The notes beneath the pieces are model-generated. The model ran no database searches and was not told where the DNA came from. It saw nothing but the letters and a program-made list of their open reading frames with translations. The position numbers and the translations under genes are program-made. Source: a virus. Taken from it: DNA of 55,806 nt. Shown here piece after piece: positions 38,329-48,138 of this stretch (position 1 is its first letter; each line of letters opens with the position of its first letter). The DNA lies in the UHGV virus genome UHGV-0167626. One strand, given 5' to 3'.

Positions 38329-38862
38329 ATGCCTTTTCAGAATTTAAGAATAAACAGCGAGTTCTTTGTCCTTCATAAGGACGGCACTCCATATATTGAA
38401 GTCGGTTCCGTAACCGGGGTTTCCAATCCCGTACCGGAGTTTATGCAACAACCTCTTCCTTATGGACAACCTCCGAGAATGGTGGTCGACATAACAATCA
38501 AGGTCGGGGAGCAGACTGTCACTTTCCAGAAAATACCGGCAATGTCAGACATTGCTGATGCGAACTTTCCCGGTGGTGGGAATATGGTGATATCCGGTTC
38601 ACGGGAATCTATGAACGCGGAAGTTGCTGCAATGAGAAACCGTTCATCGGAGATATTAGGCAGCGTAGACCATCACCGTTCAGTTCTGGAGTCTTGCGAC
38701 AAGATGCTTCAAATTCTTAATCCGGAATTTGCAGAGCGCCAACGTCAGGATGCAGAGAATAAAGCCCTAAGACAAGAGTTGAGTGAACTGAAAGCAATGA
38801 TGGCTGATTTCTTTAAGTCTTCCGAAAAGGCATCTGGTAGTAACAATTCTAAAAAACAATAA
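38329..38862 (+). CDS. Cassette protein with C-terminal coiled coil
   Basis: ORF. Confidence 0.75.
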   Translation: MPFQNLRINSEFFVLHKDGTPYIEVGSVTGVSNPVPEFMQQPLPYGQPPRMVVDITIKVGEQTVTFQKIPAMSDIADANFPGGGNMVISGSRESMNAEVAAMRNRSSEILGSVDHHRSVLESCDKMLQILNPEFAERQRQDAENKALRQELSELKAMMADFFKSSEKASGSNNSKKQ

Positions 38863-38865
38863 GCT

Positions 38866-39147
38866 ATGTATATGGTAGAAATATCTGAAAACAAAGTCGA
38901 GAAGATGTCCGACTATGCAGAAAAGATGCTTCGCTATGGTGGCAAACTGATGCAATGCCTAGAGGAACTTTCTGAAGGGGAAAGCATGGGGCAACGCGAG
39001 TACGACGAAGATGATTACGACGATGATGAAATGGGTGAACGCGGCGGGTATGGCCGTGGTGGATACGGAAACCGTGGAGGTTATCCCGGTGGAATGAACC
39101 AAAGACGCGGTGTAAGAGGTACCGGAAGATACTCCCGTTATCGTTAA
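38866..39147 (+). CDS. Cassette protein with acidic then RGG-rich tail
   Basis: DEDDYDDDE..RGGYGRGG..RRGVRGTGRY. Confidence 0.75.
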   Translation: MYMVEISENKVEKMSDYAEKMLRYGGKLMQCLEELSEGESMGQREYDEDDYDDDEMGERGGYGRGGYGNRGGYPGGMNQRRGVRGTGRYSRYR

Positions 39148-39197
39148 TGTTTAATAAGAGGTGCGGATTATTCCGCCCTCTTTTAAAAATAAAAGAT

Positions 39198-39620
39198 ATG
39201 CACAAACAACCACTTGATTTATACGATGAAATCCCTGCTGAGATGAGATCATATCTCAGGCACAACGGATGGAATTTTAACAAAAAAGCTTGTGATCTGG
39301 CCGTACATGGTATGAAAAAGATAAATCCTGCAACGGGGAAGAAAGAACGAATTGAACCTATGACCAAGGAACAAGTAGAAGAATTACTTTCTAAAAATGG
39401 AGTTAAACTGGAACATAATGTAGGATATAATTTTGTCTACGTATGCAATATGGGGCGGGCGGACTATTTAAAATCAAGTATCCCGGACGAGCAGCATTTA
39501 GCTCTTTATGTGAAAGACGTTATTGATGATCCTGACAATGAAGGCGGTAATGTGTTCAGGAAATGGTATGCAGATTGTGTCGCCAAGGGTGAACCGGTAG
39601 AATGGGAGGAAATGATATAA
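39198..39620 (+). CDS. Cassette protein
   Basis: Likely start MHKQP; YL..GWNFNKK, NMGRADY..SSI motifs. Confidence 0.75.
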   Translation: MHKQPLDLYDEIPAEMRSYLRHNGWNFNKKACDLAVHGMKKINPATGKKERIEPMTKEQVEELLSKNGVKLEHNVGYNFVYVCNMGRADYLKSSIPDEQHLALYVKDVIDDPDNEGGNVFRKWYADCVAKGEPVEWEEMI

Positions 39621-39621
39621 T

Positions 39622-40056
39622 ATGATCCGGCAGAGGTTTGAACTAGGTAAACATGATTGGGAAGTATTTGCCTATTATGCGGTAGATACTTATTATGTAG
39701 ACGAGATTATGGACAGGCTATTCAGTATCGGATGCCGTGACGAAAATATCCGTACTGCATATAATAACCTTACTGCCGGGCAACTCGATACCGGACTGAC
39801 CTATTCAAACAATGCAACCCGTCAGACTGTAATGGTAATAGCTATCACTTCTTCCGCAAAAGAGTTTGAAAAATCATGGCGGCATGAGTGCGGACATCTT
39901 GCTACACATATTTGTCAGGCTTTTGATATTACGCCATACGGAGAAGAAATACAATACCTAGGACAGGACATTGTGGAAGCGACATGGGACATAGCAAAGA
40001 ACTTCCTTTGTGAGTGTCATTGTTGCAAGAAAAAGAAAAAAGAATTATTAAAATGA
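39622..40056 (+). CDS. HExxH putative metallopeptidase
   Basis: WRHECGHL plus downstream GEE. Confidence 0.65.
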   Translation: MIRQRFELGKHDWEVFAYYAVDTYYVDEIMDRLFSIGCRDENIRTAYNNLTAGQLDTGLTYSNNATRQTVMVIAITSSAKEFEKSWRHECGHLATHICQAFDITPYGEEIQYLGQDIVEATWDIAKNFLCECHCCKKKKKELLK

Positions 40057-40217
40057 AGAATAAACAGCTGAAAAAAGCATTGAAAAGCAATACACCAATA
40101 AATAGTCTGTATGCTTTAATTCCTGCCGGACAACGGGATGCATTTAAGAAATTTGCAGCAATGTTCGGATTTAATGATGAAAAGATAAAAAAGATCCTGG
40201 CAAACGAAAAGAATTAA
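40053..40217 (+). CDS. Small cassette protein
   Basis: Coupled ORF from MKNKQ. Confidence 0.55.
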   Translation: MKNKQLKKALKSNTPINSLYALIPAGQRDAFKKFAAMFGFNDEKIKKILANEKN

Positions 40218-40224
40218 ACACACC

Positions 40225-40320
40225 ATGACCGAAAAGTTTGACATACTTGTAAACTTAGCCGACAACGCAGCAAGCAGCTATATCAGCGAAATAGCCCTGT
40301 TTGCTTTAAGATGCCTGTAA
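40225..40320 (+). CDS. 31-aa peptide MTEKFDILVNLADNAASSYISEIALFALRCL
   Basis: ORF just before terminator gagggga/tcccctc-TTTTTT (about 40363-40388). Confidence 0.4.
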   Translation: MTEKFDILVNLADNAASSYISEIALFALRCL

Positions 40321-40457
40321 GGCCGCGTAAATATTTAGTCGTGAACATATCGGAAGGTGTGAGAGGGGAGTTGTGTCCCCTCTTTTTTGTAACTTTATGC
40401 AATGTTGATGCGTATATGTTAAAAATGCCATTATAAAATGATTTTCTGGATTTTTTG

Positions 40458-40572
40458 TTTGTAAATCATATTTCCAGAATCTATATTTGTGGCATAATTA
40501 TGCTCTTGGCTTCGTATGTTCTACCAATTTTGGTTTAATAATGAGCATGCCGACCCAAGAGCCTTTGTTTTT
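40458..40572 (+). promoter_or_regulatory. Promoter and structured leader of NYN gene
   Basis: TTTG-N20-TATATTTG; gctcttgg/ccaagagc stem enclosing inner stem. Confidence 0.65.
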
Positions 40573-40581
40573 TATAATGAT

Positions 40582-41286
40582 ATGAAATCAAACAATAAGC
40601 TAGAATCTAATTTTAGTGTACCAGTCAAAATAGCTGTTCTAATAGACGGAGGATTTTTTATTAAAAGATATAATTATTTATATAATAAGGGAAAAAACAA
40701 AACTCCTGAGGAAGTTGCTGATGACATTTATACATTAGCTCATTCACATGTTGGGAAAGAAAATTATCTTTATCGTATATTTTTCTACGACTGTGTACCT
40801 TTTTCAAAAAGAGTTCATAATCCTATTTCTAAAAAATGTATTGTTTTTGAGAGAAGTCCTGAAGCTATATTTAGGAATAAAATATTTGAAGCCTTAAAAC
40901 AAAAAAGAAAAGTTGCACTTAGACTAGGATATCTTAAGGATTCTGGCAATTGGCAAATAAGACCAAATAAAATAAAGGAATTATTATCTGGTTCATTGAA
41001 AATAGAGGACTTACAAGAAAGTGATGTTTATTACGAATTAAGGCAAAAAAGTATAGATATGAAGATAGGGGTAGATATTGCTTCTTTATCATTAAAGCAT
41101 TTTGTTGATAGAATTGTACTTATATCTGGTGATGCTGATTTTGTTCCAGCATCTAAATTAGCGAGAAGGGAAGGCATTGATTTTATCTTGGATCCTATGA
41201 TGGCTCATGTAGATAACTCTCTATTTGAACATATTGACGGAATGAAGTCTCCCAAAATACCACCTAGAAGGAAACAAACTAAGTAA
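40582..41286 (+). CDS. NYN (PIN-like) domain ribonuclease
   Basis: LIDGGF, QKSIDMKIGVD, LISGDADFVP..ARREG. Confidence 0.9.
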   Translation: MKSNNKLESNFSVPVKIAVLIDGGFFIKRYNYLYNKGKNKTPEEVADDIYTLAHSHVGKENYLYRIFFYDCVPFSKRVHNPISKKCIVFERSPEAIFRNKIFEALKQKRKVALRLGYLKDSGNWQIRPNKIKELLSGSLKIEDLQESDVYYELRQKSIDMKIGVDIASLSLKHFVDRIVLISGDADFVPASKLARREGIDFILDPMMAHVDNSLFEHIDGMKSPKIPPRRKQTK

Positions 41287-41304
41287 TAGCGAGGACTAAC
41301 CTCG

Positions 41305-41643
41305 CTACTTCTTTCCCTTTAATTTGCTAATAACCCAGTCCCGAAATTCATTTTGTATCTGGATAGCTTCTTTATCTGGTAAGTTCAAAGCTCCTCCTCC
41401 GGTTAAATGTCCCCATCCACGCAATAATAATATGTTTTCGTTATCTTTTTGTATGAACACATCGTTTGCATACGTTATATTTCCCAAATTCAGATGTGTA
41501 TCTTCATTGCTTAGTGTATCACAAATATTCCTGATAAGTTCATTGTTTCTTGTAAGGATCATAAATGCCATAACACCATTAGATGAGAATATGTATGGTT
41601 CTGATATCCGGAATGGAGGTTTATAAATTTCAAGTGCTTTCAT
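41305..41643 (-). CDS. Hypothetical phage protein
   Basis: RGWGHLTGGGALNL motif. Confidence 0.7.
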   Translation of the reverse strand: MKALEIYKPPFRISEPYIFSSNGVMAFMILTRNNELIRNICDTLSNEDTHLNLGNITYANDVFIQKDNENILLLRGWGHLTGGGALNLPDKEAIQIQNEFRDWVISKLKGKK

Positions 41644-41645
41644 AT

Positions 41646-41903
41646 TTATTCATTTAGTTTTTGAATCGTTTTTGTTGAGTATCTACAATCAGGTTTTTGA
41701 TAACTTTTTTTCGTAAGATATTTCTCACTCACGTATCCTAATTTCATACCTCGGCTATAAGATGATGCATCAACATCATAGTACCACTCTTCATTATATC
41801 TGTATATATCTAGTATTTTTACAAGGAAACATGAACCAACACCATAATGTAGATATGCCTTTTGCCCAGCATGAAATTTAGGCAGATAAATAAGGTTATT
41901 CAT
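41646..41903 (-). CDS. Hypothetical protein
   Basis: ORF. Confidence 0.55.
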   Translation of the reverse strand: MNNLIYLPKFHAGQKAYLHYGVGSCFLVKILDIYRYNEEWYYDVDASSYSRGMKLGYVSEKYLTKKSYQKPDCRYSTKTIQKLNE

Positions 41904-42025
41904 TTAATTCCTCAATAAATTCACTCATGTACATATACTTCATCATCACACAGGATATGACATAGGTCTCCTTTTATTATTTTTGCTTTTCTCATATTCG
42001 AAAATGTTTCTATTAAAGGATTATT

Positions 42026-42451
42026 TTATTTGCTCCCTACATTATCACCACCAAAATGTTCTATAAGTTCTTCTACTGTAGCTTTATGACAGTATAGAGG
42101 TTCTATTTGTGTACCAACATGTCTTCCTCCACTGCGATCTGTTGCCATAAACCAACTGCCTTGTGGAAAATCTGTATATATTTCTACATCCATAACAAAC
42201 CATTGATTAACATCACTATCATCCCGGAGAGCAGCAATAGCACGAAAAAGGTCCTCATTATCACCGCAATCTATTACTCCATTACTTTTTAAATCTTCAA
42301 GTACTGTTTCTGACCAAATCCCGGTTACTACTCCATGGCATGCTAGTAAGTAATTAGGCTTACAATCTAAATAGACCTTTAATCCTAAATCTTTTAATTT
42401 TTTTACTAATTCCGGTGTATTTTTCTGAATAAAACAAGGTATTGTATGCAT
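42026..42451 (-). CDS. Hypothetical phage protein
   Basis: IDCG.NEDLF.AIAALRDDSD..HKATVEELIEHF. Confidence 0.7.
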   Translation of the reverse strand: MHTIPCFIQKNTPELVKKLKDLGLKVYLDCKPNYLLACHGVVTGIWSETVLEDLKSNGVIDCGDNEDLFRAIAALRDDSDVNQWFVMDVEIYTDFPQGSWFMATDRSGGRHVGTQIEPLYCHKATVEELIEHFGGDNVGSK

Positions 42452-42454
42452 ATC

Positions 42455-43564
42455 TTAAATTTTTGTTTCGATTAATATTTCTTCCGTTAGTATTCCACTA
42501 TCTTTGGTTTTAATATAAATTTGTTCAAGATTAAATTCTTCGGGGTGCAATTTATATTGAATCCAAGTCGGCTCATTTTCTCTATAATCAAGCCAACTTT
42601 TAGGTTTTTCTTTTCCAAGCACTTTCTTTACTATTTCATGAATCCTTTCACCTGCTCGTTTTGATTTTACAAATCCACTAAGGTCGTATCCAATGCCTCT
42701 TGGTGACCAATACTCTCCATGTTCAGGTCTGACATCTTTTGGTTCCCAGTGCCATTTGGGGATATCAGTGCGAGGATGCTTAATTAAAATTCCGGATTCA
42801 AACACTAATTCGCTTTTTGGATTCCATGGTTCTTTGGGACGAACTCCACTTTTAACATGACTCTCTATATGCTCATTTGCTCTAATTTCAAAATGTAGTT
42901 TACAATGATTGCAAGTCACAAACGAACTTCCCAAACCAGATGAGCTACTAACTTGAGTAAAACACCCGCAATTCGGGCACCCATACTTTTTATACTCTTC
43001 AAATGTAATTGCTAACATAATTAATCCTCCTTTATATGTTGGGTGATATACACCTTCAACTAGGGCTATTATAGGATAATCACACAATGTTTTAGCATTA
43101 AAACAAATAATCCTTGCTTTGCGCCCATCTCTTGTGCATACGGGCTTACCTGCCTTGGCTGCTTCAAGGTCAAAGGGTTTCAAATTAGACTTAGATGGTT
43201 CTCTATCAAAGAAACAATCATAATGTTGTATTTTCTTTTCTTCCATATCTTCTTTGTTTTGTTTGATTTTAATTGCAAATCCATTTACTGTTTCAATATA
43301 AGTAGCATCTCTAATAAAGAATGGTAGTGTAGCTTTATATTCTTGATAAATGCCGTCTATATATTGATACGGCTCTCCGACCTTTTCAAGTTTCTTGAAG
43401 ATAACTTGTTCACCATCTTTTCTTTGCAGTATTTCACAAGGAAACTTAGATTTACAATTCCAAATATGTCCTAAATCACAATCAAAACAATCAAATTTGG
43501 ATGCACGAATACACTGATACCAATCACTATTATACTCGAATATTTCTCCTATCTTGCATTCCAT
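42455..43564 (-). CDS. Mosaic hypothetical protein (probable fusion)
   Basis: PFDLEAAKAGKPVCTRDGRKARI module plus CPNCG module with own RBS and ATG at 43018. Confidence 0.6.
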   Translation of the reverse strand: MECKIGEIFEYNSDWYQCIRASKFDCFDCDLGHIWNCKSKFPCEILQRKDGEQVIFKKLEKVGEPYQYIDGIYQEYKATLPFFIRDATYIETVNGFAIKIKQNKEDMEEKKIQHYDCFFDREPSKSNLKPFDLEAAKAGKPVCTRDGRKARIICFNAKTLCDYPIIALVEGVYHPTYKGGLIMLAITFEEYKKYGCPNCGCFTQVSSSSGLGSSFVTCNHCKLHFEIRANEHIESHVKSGVRPKEPWNPKSELVFESGILIKHPRTDIPKWHWEPKDVRPEHGEYWSPRGIGYDLSGFVKSKRAGERIHEIVKKVLGKEKPKSWLDYRENEPTWIQYKLHPEEFNLEQIYIKTKDSGILTEEILIETKI

Positions 43565-43834
43565 AACTCAAGCAATATAAAGTTTTACCATACTTTCACT
43601 CTCTTCTACCGTATGAATATCATAAGTAATTGTTTGAGGGTCTTCACAATCTATTACTTTCGACTTATCTTCTACCTTGAGAAGTGCATCAATTAATTCC
43701 TGCACTGTTATCATGTTTAACTTTAAGTTTACCACATTTCTTACATATCAATAACACCCTATCACAAGTAGTATATTTTGTAATATGAGATATTTGCCAC
43801 TCATGACAACAAAATAATTTCTTTAGCCACATCT

Positions 43835-44077
43835 TCATAGCTCTTTAAATTCTTTTTCTAATGCTTCAATTTTAGAATCAATGTATGCAAGAGTTCTATT
43901 CTTTAACTCTTTGAAGTCGATTAGAGAAGTTCTAATTACATATTTATGATTTCCATCCCAAATTTCTGTTCCAGAACAAAAACTCGTAGCACCTTCCCAA
44001 ATATCCTTCTCATTTCTTAACTCCTCTAACTCCTCTTGAATTGTCTCAGCTCTACTGAATGTATATATATCCATCAC
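43835..44077 (-). CDS. Hypothetical protein
   Basis: ORF. Confidence 0.55.
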   Translation of the reverse strand: MMDIYTFSRAETIQEELEELRNEKDIWEGATSFCSGTEIWDGNHKYVIRTSLIDFKELKNRTLAYIDSKIEALEKEFKEL

Positions 44078-44556
44078 AATAAAATTTTAGCTGTTTCACA
44101 TAAATCTCTAAAGCAATTGAGAAATTCTTTTGCCATTTCTAAGATTGGGAAAGAAAGAGTACAACTACCCCAAAAATTACCACTTGCTAATCTGACTTTA
44201 TTTGTATCAAGGTCATATTTAATTACATAAACAATAGAATGACTATTAGGTTGTTCCCAATCACAAATCCATGCTTTTCTCAACTGTCTTAATTGCATAA
44301 GAGCTAAGAATGCTTCTGCTTCTTCTTTTGAAGTACACCAGTTTGAGTTTGTTAATTCTTTGCGGCATTCAAAATCTGACTTAGCAACTATTATGTTAGA
44401 AAGGGAATCAATATATGCCTCACCTTTTTTAATTGGATACTTCTCGCAGAACTCCTCCCAAATTCTTGGCTTATCATTCTTCTTCTCTTTTACAATATAC
44501 GTGTCCCCATCTTTGATGAGTTCACAATTGTCTGGTATTTGAATCTTTACTTCCAT
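44074..44556 (-). CDS. Hypothetical protein, distant relative of the VR-bearing genes
   Basis: AFLALMQL..AW..DW..LSFP..EMAKEF pattern. Confidence 0.6.
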   Translation of the reverse strand: MEVKIQIPDNCELIKDGDTYIVKEKKNDKPRIWEEFCEKYPIKKGEAYIDSLSNIIVAKSDFECRKELTNSNWCTSKEEAEAFLALMQLRQLRKAWICDWEQPNSHSIVYVIKYDLDTNKVRLASGNFWGSCTLSFPILEMAKEFLNCFRDLCETAKILL

Positions 44557-44741
44557 AATTAATGATTACTATTAGTTTTTGAATAATTCTTTGATATACA
44601 CCAAAAATCTTCATCATAAATTTCTACTCTATTATAATATGGTTTAAATTTGTTATTTTCTTTTGTTTCCATATTCTTTAGTGTTATTTCTTATTTAATG
44701 TAGGTTTAATAATCTTTTCTTCTCTTTATTGTGACTGTCTT

Positions 44742-45029
44742 TCATCCAGGTATTTCCATCCAACAATCATTTTCTGAAACACAGATATATCCACATCCAT
44801 ACACATCCCAATACAACTCACCTTCATAGAGTTGTAGCATAGCAGTAAATGCGTCTTCTCCATGTTTAACTAACACATAGTTTGGATATCCTATTCTAGG
44901 CTTTCTTTCTCTAAGTTTGATCCATAAAGGACCCTTCTTATAACCGGAAGGAATAGAGTTAAACTCTGTATCAATCTGCCTCTGATTAGATAGACATTCA
45001 AGTTGTGGATCAGTATCTTGGTTTTTCAT
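44742..45029 (-). CDS. Hypothetical protein (DUF551-like W..WMEIP)
   Basis: WIKLRERKP..VLV..WMEIP. Confidence 0.55.
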   Translation of the reverse strand: MKNQDTDPQLECLSNQRQIDTEFNSIPSGYKKGPLWIKLRERKPRIGYPNYVLVKHGEDAFTAMLQLYEGELYWDVYGCGYICVSENDCWMEIPG

Positions 45030-45030
45030 A

Positions 45031-45501
45031 TCAATAAATATTTAAGTTGGTAGCATTAATTGCTAAGCCTCTGTTTATTAATCCGCGATAGTCAAAATGA
45101 TTGGCATTTAGCCAGTCGATTGCGGAGATTATATCATCTTGGGTTATTTCTACAAATTCTGTTTCGTCCTCAGGACCTATTGTAGATTTAGAACAAATCG
45201 TAAAAATTTTATATTCTGATGACGCCTCATATATATCAACATGCAGATCACTAAGGCTGTTAAATTCCTTTATCTGCTCATATGTCATGGAAGATAATGG
45301 AAATAAATACGGCTTAACATCATTTATACGTACATCGTAAAAATCAGGAGGGGTAATCCTGCCTTTTGTAAATACAGTACAGGTTCTTTTTGCTACCTCA
45401 TGCAGTATACCAACCTCGTTTGTACTAAGTTGAACCTTAACTCCGTATGGAAGTCTTGCACTTAAATCTTTTAATAAGATATCTTTTTCTTCCTGTGTCA
45501 T
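45031..45501 (-). CDS. Hypothetical phage protein
   Basis: LLKDLSARLPYGV..KPYLFPLSSMT..DWLNANHFDYRGLI. Confidence 0.7.
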   Translation of the reverse strand: MTQEEKDILLKDLSARLPYGVKVQLSTNEVGILHEVAKRTCTVFTKGRITPPDFYDVRINDVKPYLFPLSSMTYEQIKEFNSLSDLHVDIYEASSEYKIFTICSKSTIGPEDETEFVEITQDDIISAIDWLNANHFDYRGLINRGLAINATNLNIY

Positions 45502-45636
45502 AACTTTTTACTTAAGTATTCAAACTAAAATTATACCAAAACATACTTCCACAATCACAACATCTACAGTTAGCTCCAGATGTAAAATACCCTACTTCAT
45601 AATGGTAGGATCCACAATAAGGACATCTGCATAAAT

Positions 45637-45915
45637 TTACTGTGTACATTTCTTCTCATCTTTAAATGTGTGATTTTTAATATCTTCAATGGTAGCCTTT
45701 TTGAAGATATATTCCGGATGCCCAATAAATTGTCCCCTAATATGGTTTACGTTGTCTGTAAGGCATTTAAACCAGTATCCTCTCTCCTGAAATTTCTTCC
45801 CATTTTCCGGTTCAACAATATCCTTTAGTTTATTAAACGTAAATATACACTGGCATATATACCATTGATTTTTACATGTAGTTTCACTGTACTCTTTTAG
45901 AGCTTGTTCTTTCAT
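45637..45915 (-). CDS. Hypothetical protein
   Basis: ORF. Confidence 0.55.
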   Translation of the reverse strand: MKEQALKEYSETTCKNQWYICQCIFTFNKLKDIVEPENGKKFQERGYWFKCLTDNVNHIRGQFIGHPEYIFKKATIEDIKNHTFKDEKKCTQ

Positions 45916-45944
45916 ACTTATTTCTTTCCCTCCTTTTTTTTTAC

Positions 45945-46385
45945 TTATTGAATGTTATTGTATTTGTAGCATTTTATTGGATGAAACTTGCCGTCTATTT
46001 CGTCTCCTACATTGATAACTTTCCGCATGCTATCTGTTTGAACAGATAAAAAACGAGAAATCAAATCATCAAACATATATATATTTTTACCGTCTGAAAC
46101 TTGATTTATGCCTTTCCGAAAATAAACAATGCGATGTGATTTGTTTGATACGGCATATACAAACACAGGTTTGCCTATTCTCTCCAGATTTTGCAATTCT
46201 TTGTGCTGTTCGAAGCATGTAGCTTCTACAACTTTTTTGAAATCATCTTCGCTTTCACCATGCAATTCCTTTTTAATTGCTTTAAATTTGACATACACCT
46301 TACTCCCTCTTTCTGTAAGGTCCACTTTGTCCATAATATCATGAACAAAAGGGATCTCGTGGATTAGAATTATATAAATTTTCAT
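45945..46385 (-). CDS. Hypothetical protein
   Basis: ORF. Confidence 0.6.
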   Translation of the reverse strand: MKIYIILIHEIPFVHDIMDKVDLTERGSKVYVKFKAIKKELHGESEDDFKKVVEATCFEQHKELQNLERIGKPVFVYAVSNKSHRIVYFRKGINQVSDGKNIYMFDDLISRFLSVQTDSMRKVINVGDEIDGKFHPIKCYKYNNIQ

Positions 46386-46409
46386 GTCTATGAAATAAAG
46401 ATTGGTCTT

Positions 46410-46673
46410 TCATAAATTTGGCTCTATAAATTCAATATTGTATTTTTCACAGTAGTATTCAAAAGGTTTTTGACTGAAAGGGAATATGGTCATTGGGCCT
46501 ATAAAATATCCGTCACAGTGTGTTATTTCGTTATATTTCTTTTCTGCTGTTTTGCGTATTTTATGCTCAGTTCCATACCCTGATTTATGCAAGAAAAATA
46601 CAGTTATTTTTTCTCCTTTATCAAGCAGCTCCTTGAGCCGCTTGTAGTCTTTACTGGTTTTGTTGGGGATCAT
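46410..46673 (-). CDS. Hypothetical protein
   Basis: ORF. Confidence 0.6.
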   Translation of the reverse strand: MIPNKTSKDYKRLKELLDKGEKITVFFLHKSGYGTEHKIRKTAEKKYNEITHCDGYFIGPMTIFPFSQKPFEYYCEKYNIEFIEPNL

Positions 46674-46723
46674 GGTTGTTTGAACTTATTAATTTTAGAG
46701 AGGGGCATTACACCCCTCTGTGT

Positions 46724-47545
46724 TTATACCAATTCTTTTTGTTTTAGAAATTTGTTTACAAAATAGATTTGCCCCTTCCCTGTCACATAAGTAGTAAACA
46801 CTGTAAAAGGTGTTTCTCCCGGATTAGATATAGGCCTTTCAGATACCCAAAATAGGTCTCTTTCAGATGATGCCTGTGTGGGGGTATAGTAAGTAGCATA
46901 CTTGTTTTTGGATTTACTCCAGCGTTTATGTCTTATCAGATATTTCTTTTCAACAAACCAATCATATAATCGTTGGGCCCCGATCGGAATCCCGTTTTGT
47001 GTGATAATTTTTGCAAGATCACGTACAAGTATGTTTGTATTACTTACTTTTACACTTTCCGTGAATACTACACACGGTTTTGTTTCTTCTATTATTTTAA
47101 TTTTTTCAGCTTCGAGTTGTTTTAACTTTTCGTCTTTCTTCTTAATAGTTTCTTGTGCTACTAAAATGGCACGAGCCATAATAATTTCAGGTGTATCGTC
47201 TTCAGAAGATACTATATAACCTCCATTTTTACGAATAGATGGAAGCACTTCACTTGTTACCCATTTTTTGACTTTTTTTGCTTTTTCTATTTTTGAAGAC
47301 AGAACAAGTGAATAAAAACCAGATTCTGTAATTACAACCATATTCCTGTTTTGGCTGCCGTCGTGAATGGCGACGGTAGCTTTATCTTCTTCATCAACAT
47401 GGTTAGCAATTGCATCTCTTGGATTTGCATATCCGAGCATTGTTGCAACATCATTTGCAACAAATAAAGGCTCGTTATTTTCGTTTGCTACTGTACGGAT
47501 TTCACCGAACTGTTCGTTTTTAAATATCTGAATATTATTTCCCAT
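46724..47545 (-). CDS. BRO-N plus KilA-C antirepressor
   Basis: IFKNEQFGEIRT..DVATMLGY..WVTSEVLPSIRKNGGY..VTGKGQIYF. Confidence 0.9.
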   Translation of the reverse strand: MGNNIQIFKNEQFGEIRTVANENNEPLFVANDVATMLGYANPRDAIANHVDEEDKATVAIHDGSQNRNMVVITESGFYSLVLSSKIEKAKKVKKWVTSEVLPSIRKNGGYIVSSEDDTPEIIMARAILVAQETIKKKDEKLKQLEAEKIKIIEETKPCVVFTESVKVSNTNILVRDLAKIITQNGIPIGAQRLYDWFVEKKYLIRHKRWSKSKNKYATYYTPTQASSERDLFWVSERPISNPGETPFTVFTTYVTGKGQIYFVNKFLKQKELV

Positions 47546-47547
47546 TG

Positions 47548-47838
47548 TTAATTCAATTTAGTTTTATCCAATATTACAAATCCCATATCGGGTGTTATGA
47601 GAATCCAATCGGGAATTATCCCCAAATTAGCAGCTAGAATTGATTGCTTCATGTCGGGATTTTTTGTGAACATATCTTTGATATTCCTATATCCATTACA
47701 CCTTGCAAAATTGTCGTCAAATTTTATTCTGACAGAATTATCAAAATAATCATGACGGAAAGTACATGGTATCCCATTATACTTCTTTTGAACAATACGG
47801 TAATCAGCGTACTGTTCTATAATTTCATAATCATCCAT
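47548..47838 (-). CDS. Hypothetical protein in antirepressor operon
   Basis: ORF. Confidence 0.6.
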   Translation of the reverse strand: MDDYEIIEQYADYRIVQKKYNGIPCTFRHDYFDNSVRIKFDDNFARCNGYRNIKDMFTKNPDMKQSILAANLGIIPDWILITPDMGFVILDKTKLN

Positions 47839-47844
47839 GGTGGG

Positions 47845-48138
47845 TTATTTTTCTTCGGTTAATATCTGCTTCATTCTGTCAACAAGATACGAAACTTTCG
47901 CATAGAACCGGCAAACACACCTCAAAGCGTATTCAAGATCCGGTTCATCATGATTAAATTCGACAAGGTTGGACACCTCGATAATTGCTTCGTCGCCTCT
48001 TAGTGTTGAAGAGATTTCCAATAGTTCTTCGACGTTGATTGAAGGAATAGTTACAGTAGTTTTAGCCGTTTCGTGGCCATAACGTGCTTCATCAATACCT
48101 TGTACCGATGTTGACAAATTCTTTTCCGTGATAAGCAT
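47845..48138 (-). CDS. Small leader-controlled protein (module C)
   Basis: Starts ATGCTTATCA, the module key. Confidence 0.65.
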   Translation of the reverse strand: MLITEKNLSTSVQGIDEARYGHETAKTTVTIPSINVEELLEISSTLRGDEAIIEVSNLVEFNHDEPDLEYALRCVCRFYAKVSYLVDRMKQILTEEK

